Shown here: positions 48,118 to 56,557 of the stretch, piece by piece
Layout of the letters: the number at the start of each line of letters is the position of its first letter
Numbering within the stretch: the first letter of the stretch is position 1
Assembly: GCA_964539395.1 (NCBI GenBank)
Contig: CAZIIU010000008.1
Span: 2,455-66,454, forward strand
DNA from: an uncultured Bacteroidaceae bacterium
GTDB lineage: Bacteria; Bacteroidota; Bacteroidia; Bacteroidales; GCA-2748055
DNA length: 64,000 nt
Direction: 5' to 3'
Notes under the pieces: model-generated
Told to the model about the DNA's origin: nothing
Database searches by the model: none
What the model saw: only the letters and a program-made list of their open reading frames with translations
Made by a program: the position numbers and the translations under genes

Positions 48118-51100
48118 ATGTTTTTAATTTTTGATACCGAGACTACCGGCCTACCCCTCAGGGACAATGCGCCGGTTGAGGAGCTTGACAACTGGCCAAG
48201 GATTGTTCAGATCGCATGGCAGCGACACGATAAAACAGGTAAACTCCAGGAAGTTCAGAATATGATCATCCGTCCCGATGGTTTTGAAATTCCTTATGCG
48301 GCAGAAAAGGTACATGGTATTTCAACCGGGTTAGCCAAAGAAAAAGGCATTCAACTGGCAGAGGCACTGAAAGCATTTGCGGGGGCCATACAGGAATCCT
48401 CTTTCATCATAGGGCATAATGTTAAATTTGATCTGAATATCACTGCAGCTGAGTTTATACGCGCAGGGATCAGCAATCAATTACTGTCCACCCCATCGGT
48501 CTGCACCATGGAACTGACCCGCGAATACTGCAAACTTCCCGGAAGGGGAAACAGGTATAAATCTCCTAAACTTGAAGAGCTGTATACCATTCTTTTCTCA
48601 GAATCAATCACCGAGGCACACAATGCTTCTGCAGATGTAAATGCAACTGGACGAACCTTTTTTGAACTTTACAGGAGAAGAATCATCTCACCGGAGCTGC
48701 TTCAAATTCCGTCGGAAGACCATAAAGCCTTTTTGAAAGCCAATCCGAAAAGCATTTCCCCCTTCAGAATTGACATTGATTTTCACAAAGCTGAAGAGCA
48801 ACCACATGAGAGGGTTGAGATGATCGAATCTGAATCAGTGCAGACTGCATCAGAAACGGAATTTTGCCATTTACATGTCCATACACAATATTCGATACTT
48901 GATGGTGCGGCGAATATTCCATCTATGATCAGTAAAGCGGTTGATGATGGAATGAAGGCCATCGCTATTACCGATCACGGCAACATGTTCGGAGTTAAAG
49001 AGTTTCACAAGGAGGCCCAAAAGAGGGGTATAAAACCCATCATTGGTGTTGAAGCATACATAGCCAACAGATCGCGTCATATTAAGGAGGATAAAAATCT
49101 CGATGGCAACGACCACCTGGTACTTCTTGCAAAATCAAAAAATGGCTACCGAAACCTGGTGAAACTGGTCTCTAAGGGTTGGACAGAAGGGTTTTATTAC
49201 AGGCCAAGGATCGATCTTGACCTCCTGAAGGAATACAGCAAGGATATTATTGTATCCACTGCATGCCTTGGAGGCGTGATCCCGCAGGCGATCATGAAGC
49301 AATCGGTCGAAGAGGCTGAAAAAATCATACTTGAATACAAGGAGGTCTTCGGTGATGATTTTTACCTTGAGTTAATGAGGCACCAATCGACCGACCCGGA
49401 CATGAACCGCAAGGTGTTCGACGACCAGGTTTATGTTAACCGGACTTTGCTTCAGCTCGGCAAAAAGCTTGGAATAAAATGTATTGCAACCAACGATGTA
49501 CACTTTATCAATGAGGAGGATGCAGGTGCACACGACCACCTGATCTGCCTGAGTACAGGCAAAGACCTCGACGATCCGAACAGGTTGCAGTATACCAGGC
49601 AGGAGTGGTTCAAAACGCAGGCTGAGATGCGCGAATTGTTCAGCGATATTCCGGAAGTTCTTTCCAATACGATGGAAATTGTCGAGAAAATTGAGGAGTA
49701 TAGCCTTAGTTCAAATCCCATTATGCCCCATTTCAGGATTCCCGGTGAATTCGAAAATGAGGATGCATACCTGAAACATCTCACCTACCAGGGTGCAAAG
49801 GATCGATACGGGACAATCACCGATGAATTGAAGGAGAGGATCGATTTTGAGTTGAACACTGTAAAACGCATGGGATTTCCCGGGTATTTTCTGATTGTTC
49901 AGGATTTCATTTCAGCTGCAAGAAATATGAAGGTTGCTGTCGGACCGGGAAGAGGATCGGCAGCAGGATCCGCTGTAGCATACTGTCTGAAAATAACTGA
50001 TATAGATCCAATTAAATACGATCTTCTTTTTGAACGGTTCCTCAATCCCGACCGGATTTCTATGCCCGATATTGATATTGACTTCGATGAAGACGGAAGG
50101 GATTTCGTACTGAAATGGGTGGTTGAAAAATATGGACATGATGTGGTTGCCCATATCATTACATTTGGTACGATGGCAGCAAAAATGGCAATAAGGGATG
50201 TGGCCAGGATACAGAAACTGCCCCTGCCTGAAGCAGACCGCCTCGCAAAACTGGTCCCGGAGCGACCAGGTATTTCATTAAAAAAAGCATTTGAGGAGGT
50301 TGAAGAGTTGCGCAAAGAGAAGAATTCTTCAAATCCACTGGTAGTCAACACGCTAAGATTTGCTGAAACCCTCGAAGGATCGGTTCGCCAGACCGGGCTT
50401 CATGCCTGTGGGATCATCATTGGCAGAAATGACCTGACTGATGATATCCCGGTCTGTGTTTCAAAAGAGACTGACCTGCTTGTTACCCAATACGATGGAA
50501 AGCATGTAGAGGATGCCGGGATGCTCAAAATGGATTTCCTTGGACTGAAGACGCTTTCGATCATCAAAGACACTATTGAAAACATCAAAGAATCTAACGG
50601 TATTACTATAGATATTGAACATATTCCCCTCGATGATCAGAAGACCTATGAGCTTTATACACGTGGAGAGACAACAGGTCTGTTCCAGTTTGAATCTGCC
50701 GGAATGAAAAAGCACCTGAGGGAACTTAAGCCTAACAGGTTTGAAGATCTTATTGCCATGAACGCACTTTACAGACCGGGACCAATGGAGTATATCCCCA
50801 GTTTTATCAAACGTAAGCATGGCCAGGAAAAAATCAGATATGACCTGAAGGAGATGGAAGAATACCTCAGGGATACTTATGGAATCACAGTATACCAGGA
50901 ACAGGTAATGCTCCTATCAAGAAGACTGGCCGGATTCACTGGTGGACAGGCCGATTCACTGCGGAAGGCAATGGGAAAGAAGATCCGCAAGATGATGGAT
51001 GAACTGAAGGTAAAGTTCATTGAGGGATGTGAGAAAAACGGCTATGAGAAAACTGTCGTAGAAAAGATATGGAAAGACTGGGAAGCATTTGCCCAATATG

Positions 51101-52350
51101 CTTTTAATAAGTCCCATTCCACCTGCTATGCTTATGTCTCTTATCAAACAGCCTATCTAAAAGCACACTATCCGGCAGAATTTATGGCCGCGGTGCTCAG
51201 CCGGAACATAACAGATATAAAAAAGATCGGTTTCTTTATGGATGAGTGCCGGAGAATGGGAATTTCGGTACTTGGACCCTGTGTGAATGAAAGCACCCTG
51301 AAGTTTACCGTTAACAGGGATGGGGATATCCGGTTCGGACTGGGTGCGATCAAGGGAGTCGGGGAGTCTGCGGTTGAGATGATGGTGGAGGAACGAAAAA
51401 ATCATGGAAATTTCCTTGATATTTATGACTTCGTGGAACGGAACAAACTTACATCCATTACAAGAAAAACGATGGAGGCCCTGGCCATTTCAGGAGCCTT
51501 TGATTCTCTCGGTGAAATCAACCGAAGGCAGTACATCGAAGTAGAGGACAATGAAGCGACATTCATAGAACGCCTGATAAAGTATGGCAATAAACATCAA
51601 TTCGAAATGAATACCCCGCAACAAAACCTGTTTGGAGAATTGAGCCGGGAAACTATTTCCAGACCTGCCCCCCCCGACTTGGATGATTGGCACATGCTTG
51701 ACAAGATCAACCGTGAAAAGGAGCTGATAGGAATGTACCTTACAGCACACCCGCTCGACCGGTTCAAAACTGAGATCGACTCTTTCTGTACAACTACCCT
51801 GCATGAACTGAAAGATCTAAAATCTTTGTCAGGCAGGGAATTTGCTTTTTGCGGTATCATAAAAACGATACGGGATACTATTGACCAATGGCGAAATAAA
51901 CCCTACCTGATGGCTATAATTGAGGATTTTACCGAGTCGTATACCCTCAGACTCAGGGGTGATGATTATGTAAAATTCAAGCAATTCTTTACACCGGAAT
52001 TAGCCCTGCTGGTCAGAGCCTCAGTCAATGAATGGCAACCACGCGATGAACCTGGAAAAATCGTCTACTCCCTGAAAATAAAACATATTTACCTGCTGTC
52101 TGAAGTAAGGAATAAACTGGTAAGAGCCGTTAATCTGAGTATTCCACTCTCCGCTGTAAATGAATCACTGATCGACAAACTTCAAAAATATACCGTTTCT
52201 GGTGAAGGAAAACTATTGAACATAAGTGTTACAGACCCGGAAAGCAACATCACTGTCAAGATGTTTAGCAGGACCAGACAAGTTGAACTTACCAATGATT
52301 TCATCGGGTTCATAAATGATCTGCCGGAGTTGGAATTCAGGTTGGTGTGA
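48118..52350 (+). CDS. dnaE: DNA polymerase III alpha subunit (DnaE-type) with N-terminal DEDDh 3'-5' exonuclease domain
   Basis: Residues 1-187 carry Exo I FDTETTG, Exo II GHNVKFD and Exo III HNASAD. The PHP domain starts at HLHVHTQYSILDGA (aa ~250), followed by the polymerase core (PDIDIDF, LKMDFLGL, GLFQFES) and an OB-fold tail. 1410 aa in total. Confidence 0.93.
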   Translation: MFLIFDTETTGLPLRDNAPVEELDNWPRIVQIAWQRHDKTGKLQEVQNMIIRPDGFEIPYAAEKVHGISTGLAKEKGIQLAEALKAFAGAIQESSFIIGHNVKFDLNITAAEFIRAGISNQLLSTPSVCTMELTREYCKLPGRGNRYKSPKLEELYTILFSESITEAHNASADVNATGRTFFELYRRRIISPELLQIPSEDHKAFLKANPKSISPFRIDIDFHKAEEQPHERVEMIESESVQTASETEFCHLHVHTQYSILDGAANIPSMISKAVDDGMKAIAITDHGNMFGVKEFHKEAQKRGIKPIIGVEAYIANRSRHIKEDKNLDGNDHLVLLAKSKNGYRNLVKLVSKGWTEGFYYRPRIDLDLLKEYSKDIIVSTACLGGVIPQAIMKQSVEEAEKIILEYKEVFGDDFYLELMRHQSTDPDMNRKVFDDQVYVNRTLLQLGKKLGIKCIATNDVHFINEEDAGAHDHLICLSTGKDLDDPNRLQYTRQEWFKTQAEMRELFSDIPEVLSNTMEIVEKIEEYSLSSNPIMPHFRIPGEFENEDAYLKHLTYQGAKDRYGTITDELKERIDFELNTVKRMGFPGYFLIVQDFISAARNMKVAVGPGRGSAAGSAVAYCLKITDIDPIKYDLLFERFLNPDRISMPDIDIDFDEDGRDFVLKWVVEKYGHDVVAHIITFGTMAAKMAIRDVARIQKLPLPEADRLAKLVPERPGISLKKAFEEVEELRKEKNSSNPLVVNTLRFAETLEGSVRQTGLHACGIIIGRNDLTDDIPVCVSKETDLLVTQYDGKHVEDAGMLKMDFLGLKTLSIIKDTIENIKESNGITIDIEHIPLDDQKTYELYTRGETTGLFQFESAGMKKHLRELKPNRFEDLIAMNALYRPGPMEYIPSFIKRKHGQEKIRYDLKEMEEYLRDTYGITVYQEQVMLLSRRLAGFTGGQADSLRKAMGKKIRKMMDELKVKFIEGCEKNGYEKTVVEKIWKDWEAFAQYAFNKSHSTCYAYVSYQTAYLKAHYPAEFMAAVLSRNITDIKKIGFFMDECRRMGISVLGPCVNESTLKFTVNRDGDIRFGLGAIKGVGESAVEMMVEERKNHGNFLDIYDFVERNKLTSITRKTMEALAISGAFDSLGEINRRQYIEVEDNEATFIERLIKYGNKHQFEMNTPQQNLFGELSRETISRPAPPDLDDWHMLDKINREKELIGMYLTAHPLDRFKTEIDSFCTTTLHELKDLKSLSGREFAFCGIIKTIRDTIDQWRNKPYLMAIIEDFTESYTLRLRGDDYVKFKQFFTPELALLVRASVNEWQPRDEPGKIVYSLKIKHIYLLSEVRNKLVRAVNLSIPLSAVNESLIDKLQKYTVSGEGKLLNISVTDPESNITVKMFSRTRQVELTNDFIGFINDLPELEFRLV

Positions 52351-52364
52351 TAAACAATTTAAAC

Positions 52365-52372
52365 TATTTTTG
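52365..52372 (+). promoter_or_regulatory. Bacteroidota-type -7 promoter element (TATTTTTG) for trxA
   Basis: Matches TAnnTTTG 35 nt upstream of the trxA ATG. Confidence 0.35.
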
Positions 52373-52407
52373 CGTTATCATGATTATTCACTTAACAATA
52401 AAAAAAT

Positions 52408-52725
52408 ATGGCATTAGAAGTAACTGACAGCAATTTCGAGGAGATGGTACTCAAATCCGACAAACCGGTTATTGTGGATTTCTGGGCAGAGTGGTGCGGC
52501 CCCTGCAGGATGGTCGGACCAATTGTAGAAGAGATCGGTGCTGATTATGAAGGAAAGGCGATAGTAACCAAACTGGATGTTGACAATAATCCGGACGTTA
52601 CCCAAAAATATGGTATAAGGAACATTCCAACAATTCTGTTTTTCAAAAATGGTGAAATTGCAGATAAACAGGTAGGTGCCGTACCAAAAAGTGCTTTGGT
52701 TAACAAACTCGAAGCTCTCCTGTAA
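52408..52725 (+). CDS. trxA: Thioredoxin
   Basis: 105 aa with the canonical WAEWCGPC active site. Confidence 0.95.
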   Translation: MALEVTDSNFEEMVLKSDKPVIVDFWAEWCGPCRMVGPIVEEIGADYEGKAIVTKLDVDNNPDVTQKYGIRNIPTILFFKNGEIADKQVGAVPKSALVNKLEALL

Positions 52726-52796
52726 GCAATACCCTCAAAACACTAAGCCGCAATTGTCATGCATATATATGCCCGGCTGCGTAATATAATATAGCA

Positions 52797-53414
52797 ATGA
52801 TTAAAAGAGTTTGTGTATTTGCTGCCTCAAGTCCGGGTATTGATGTTACATACCTCGAAGCAGGCAGGGAGATGGCCGCGATTCTGGCCGGAAAAAATAT
52901 TGCAATGTATTATGGTGCCGGTTCCGTAGGGATCATGGGGGCAATGGCCGATGAAATATTGAGCAGAAATGGCAGGGTTATCGGTGTTATCCCCGAGTTT
53001 ATGATAAAAATGGGCTGGGCACATCCACACCTTGAAGAGATAAGGGTAGTCCAAACTATGCACGAACGTAAAGCATTGATGATGCAGAAGGTAGATGCAA
53101 TTATTGCAATGCCAGGAGGTGTCGGTACCATCGAAGAGTTGCTTGAAGCCATTACCCTGAAACAGCTGGGGCAATTCCTTCAACCTATAGTTATCCTGAA
53201 TACCAATCGCTTCTATGATCCGCTACTCAACCATTTTGAAATAATGATCGAAGAGCGTTTTATGCGACCATTGCACAGCAAAATATGGCAAGTGGCCGAA
53301 AAGCCCTCACAGGTTCTTGATCTGATTGAAAACGAGCCTGAATGGGATCCTGATAGTATAAAATATGCTGCTGTTGAAGCCAATATCGGACGTGTCAGAA
53401 TCGACGGCCAATAA
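52797..53414 (+). CDS. LOG-family (TIGR00730) nucleotide phosphoribohydrolase
   Basis: GAGSVGIMG and PGGVGTIEEL are the LOG signature motifs. Confidence 0.85.
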   Translation: MIKRVCVFAASSPGIDVTYLEAGREMAAILAGKNIAMYYGAGSVGIMGAMADEILSRNGRVIGVIPEFMIKMGWAHPHLEEIRVVQTMHERKALMMQKVDAIIAMPGGVGTIEELLEAITLKQLGQFLQPIVILNTNRFYDPLLNHFEIMIEERFMRPLHSKIWQVAEKPSQVLDLIENEPEWDPDSIKYAAVEANIGRVRIDGQ

Positions 53415-56400
53415 CTAAAATATCATCTACCTGTTCAATATTACCCCGCCACTTCTCAATGGAATCATCAAGAATATCGCGCTGCCTTTCCACCTTTTCC
53501 CCAGAGATTTTCACCAACAACTCTTTCATGTTGGTTGATTTAAATTTTTTCAGCTTCTCACCACCGAACTGGTCAGCATACCCGTCGGAGAATAAATAAA
53601 CCATATCTCCCTTTTGTACATCAACTGTTTCCGTTTTAAACTCTTTATTCTCCGGTCCACCCAACCCGATTGGCTGGCGGTCGGCCTTTACCTCCTTTAG
53701 TTCACCATCTCTTACAAGGTACATTGAATTGTACGCACCGGCAAACTTAATTACCATATTATTCCTGTCGAAAGTGATCAGTGAAAGGTCCATACCATCT
53801 GTAACATCCCCATCTTCACTTGTATGGTGGAGTGTCTCTACTACCTCCCTGTTAAGTTCGTTCAATATCCTTCCAGGCTCCATAATTCCATATTGGTTAA
53901 CGGTCTTATTCAGGGAGTTATGCCCGATGATGGACATAAAAGCTCCAGGAACACCATGCCCGGTACAATCAACTGCAGCAATGAATTCACGACCCTCAAC
54001 CTCGGTGAACCAATAGAAATCTCCACTTACAATATCTTTGGGCTTGAACAGTATAAAGGTTTCGGGAAATGGTGATTTGGGTGGCAGTATTGCGAATTGT
54101 ATCCGCTTGGCATACCTTATACTATCGGTAATATCCTTGTTCTTCTGGGCAAGCTCCTCCTTCTGGGCCACAACCTGCTGGGTTCTTTCTATTACTTTAT
54201 CCTCCAGTATCCTGTTTTCTCTGACAAGTGCGCGCTCCCTCATTTTTATGTATGCGATGATAATGGCACCGAGTGCCACAATGCAGGAAATAATAAACCA
54301 CCAGGTTTTATAGAATGGCGGTTTAATCTGAAAACTCAATGAAACAGGCGGGTCATTCCAAACACCATCGCTGTTTTTAGCCTTTACGTAAAACGTATAT
54401 TTCTTTGGAGGCAGTGCGGGATAATTCACCTGGGTATACGTATCCGGTGGCCGCCAGTCAATATCAATACCATCCAGCATGATCTGGTACTGAACTGCCT
54501 CCGGATTCAAAGTGATGCAACGATAATCAAAGATCAGGGAATTCTGCCTGTAAGATAATGTCATCCCTTCAGCTACAGGATAGGGCTTATAGTTAACCAT
54601 CAACCCGGTAATATGCGTCAGAGGCTCAATAACATCTCTGGGTTTGAGCGACGGATTATACCTTGTAACACCTAAAACTGTACCAAACCAAAGGTTTCCG
54701 TCTTTATCCAGACATGTAGCATTTTGCTTTGTTTCTATCCCGACAAATCCACTTTTTCTTGTAAATCCATATACCTTTTCTTCATCCTGATCATATTTGT
54801 TCAGTCCTTTATTCGTTCCAATGTAAATGAAATTGTTCTCATCACAATTCAAAAGGTTGATCAGGTTGGCAAGTAAGCCATCATCCCTGACTGTAAGATG
54901 CCTAACAACCTGATCCTCTTCCATATTATACCCAAGAACACCTCTTCCTTCAGTTCCGATCCATATAACTCCGTTTCGGTCTTCTGTAAAACAGGTAGGA
55001 GTAATGCTCATGTCCAGATTTGCCTTTTTAAATTCTGAACCTTCTATGATGTTTACCCCCATTCCACTGATACCTATCCATATCCTACCTTTATTGTCGG
55101 GATATACAGCTGATATCTCGTTGCCATCCAATCCGTTCAGCTGGGTCAGTCTGCTGATCTTGTGATTGTTTATCTCATAGTAGACAAGTCCATCCAGGGT
55201 CCCCACCCAAAGATTGTTCTGGTCATCTATTTCAAGACCGGTAATCATCCCATGAGGAATATTGCTGTTAATTAATGGTTCAAATCGGAACTCTCCATCA
55301 GACGTGTATGTAAACAGACCCTGGCCATCTGCACCGATCCATATGTTACCGCTTTTGTCTTCTTCAATAAATCTAACCCTCTCTCCCTTAAGCCTGTAAA
55401 AATCATGAATACTGCTTCCGGATTCTCCTGTATTAATTATAGAAATACCCTCATTCGTGCCAACCCAAAAGCTTCCGTCGGCTACCTGGTTGATTGCAAA
55501 AACCTGTTGATTAATAAGACCGTCATCCTCAAACCAGGAAACAAAGTAATCACCCTTGAATGCACACAATCCATGCTCATTGGTACCAAATACGATATTT
55601 CCCTCCTTGTCTTCCATGATTTTCCATATTTTACTTCCGGGCATCCCATTGCGCCCAACGAATACAGTAAGTCGGTCATCCTTGTCCAAACGCCCGACAC
55701 CACCTCCCCAGGTACCTATCCATATATTTCCATACCTGTCCTCAAAGAGGGCACTGATCCAGTTGGAAGTCATCCCAAGTTTAATGAGATCATACATTTT
55801 CGAATCGTCATCCTCCGGAACGTACCTGAACAATCCTCCATGATAGGTGCCAAACCATAAATTCCTGTTCCTGTCTTCATGGATACAAGTGGTTGCAAAA
55901 AAGTGGGGAACTCCGTTTACCTCAAGATGATCAAACCGGAGGCTGTCTCTGTTGAATTTCTTTACAACCGGGTCGGTAACAAAATAGAGTGTACCGTCTT
56001 TTGACAGCATACTGCCAAAAATCCTGTCCGACAATCTCCGCCCAAGAAACATCTCGTATCGCACGGAATCCAGTGGAGCCCCTGGATTTTTAATCATGGC
56101 TGCACCAGACTCCTGGGATGTGATCCAAAGATTTCCCTCTGCATCCTCGAGGATCGTTGTAATATTCGATTTGAGGTGAAGTGCCGCCTGGTCATAAATC
56201 TCAAAACTGTTTCCGTCAAATCGTGTGATTCCTCCGCCGTCATGTCCGATCCACAGGTTTCCGTGGGAATCTTCAAACACAGCTCTTACACCACCTTCGG
56301 CAATGCCGTCCTCGGCAGTGTAATTAACAAATACCAAGCCGTCGAACTTGGAAAGACCGGCCTGAGTTCCCATCCAGTAGTTGTCGTTCTTATCCTGAAT

Positions 56401-56556
56401 GATACTATAGACAGTTGACTGGGCAAGTCCCTGTGATACACTGTAGTTATCGAAGTAGTACTGTTGGGCTGTTACGCTGCCTGAAGTAATTGTCAATAAC
56501 AAAAAAATTATTCGTCCAGCCGAACGAATAATTCTTCCTGCCTGGTTATATGCCAT
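53395..56556 (-). CDS. Periplasmic double beta-propeller (Reg_prop) + Y_Y_Y sensor fused to cytoplasmic SpoIIE/PP2C phosphatase
   Basis: I moved the start to the ATG at 56556, 1 nt after the upstream stop. About 14 blade motifs are present (NLWIGT, NIWIGT, NLWFGT, VIWIGT and similar). A Y_Y_Y-like block (YTFYVKAKNSDGVWN), a TM helix WWFIISCIVALGAIIIAYI, a coiled coil and a PP2C domain (SGDFYWF, DCTGHGVPGA, SDGYADQFGG) follow. Confidence 0.85.
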   Translation of the reverse strand: MAYNQAGRIIRSAGRIIFLLLTITSGSVTAQQYYFDNYSVSQGLAQSTVYSIIQDKNDNYWMGTQAGLSKFDGLVFVNYTAEDGIAEGGVRAVFEDSHGNLWIGHDGGGITRFDGNSFEIYDQAALHLKSNITTILEDAEGNLWITSQESGAAMIKNPGAPLDSVRYEMFLGRRLSDRIFGSMLSKDGTLYFVTDPVVKKFNRDSLRFDHLEVNGVPHFFATTCIHEDRNRNLWFGTYHGGLFRYVPEDDDSKMYDLIKLGMTSNWISALFEDRYGNIWIGTWGGGVGRLDKDDRLTVFVGRNGMPGSKIWKIMEDKEGNIVFGTNEHGLCAFKGDYFVSWFEDDGLINQQVFAINQVADGSFWVGTNEGISIINTGESGSSIHDFYRLKGERVRFIEEDKSGNIWIGADGQGLFTYTSDGEFRFEPLINSNIPHGMITGLEIDDQNNLWVGTLDGLVYYEINNHKISRLTQLNGLDGNEISAVYPDNKGRIWIGISGMGVNIIEGSEFKKANLDMSITPTCFTEDRNGVIWIGTEGRGVLGYNMEEDQVVRHLTVRDDGLLANLINLLNCDENNFIYIGTNKGLNKYDQDEEKVYGFTRKSGFVGIETKQNATCLDKDGNLWFGTVLGVTRYNPSLKPRDVIEPLTHITGLMVNYKPYPVAEGMTLSYRQNSLIFDYRCITLNPEAVQYQIMLDGIDIDWRPPDTYTQVNYPALPPKKYTFYVKAKNSDGVWNDPPVSLSFQIKPPFYKTWWFIISCIVALGAIIIAYIKMRERALVRENRILEDKVIERTQQVVAQKEELAQKNKDITDSIRYAKRIQFAILPPKSPFPETFILFKPKDIVSGDFYWFTEVEGREFIAAVDCTGHGVPGAFMSIIGHNSLNKTVNQYGIMEPGRILNELNREVVETLHHTSEDGDVTDGMDLSLITFDRNNMVIKFAGAYNSMYLVRDGELKEVKADRQPIGLGGPENKEFKTETVDVQKGDMVYLFSDGYADQFGGEKLKKFKSTNMKELLVKISGEKVERQRDILDDSIEKWRGNIEQVDDILVIGRRF

Positions 56557-56557
56557 T

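Noticed and set aside
52797-53414. LOG-family gene as a third member of the caspase/PP2C module
   Set aside because: It is convergently oriented, with a 20-nt 3' overlap with the PP2C gene. It therefore cannot be co-transcribed, and I see no evidence of a functional link.
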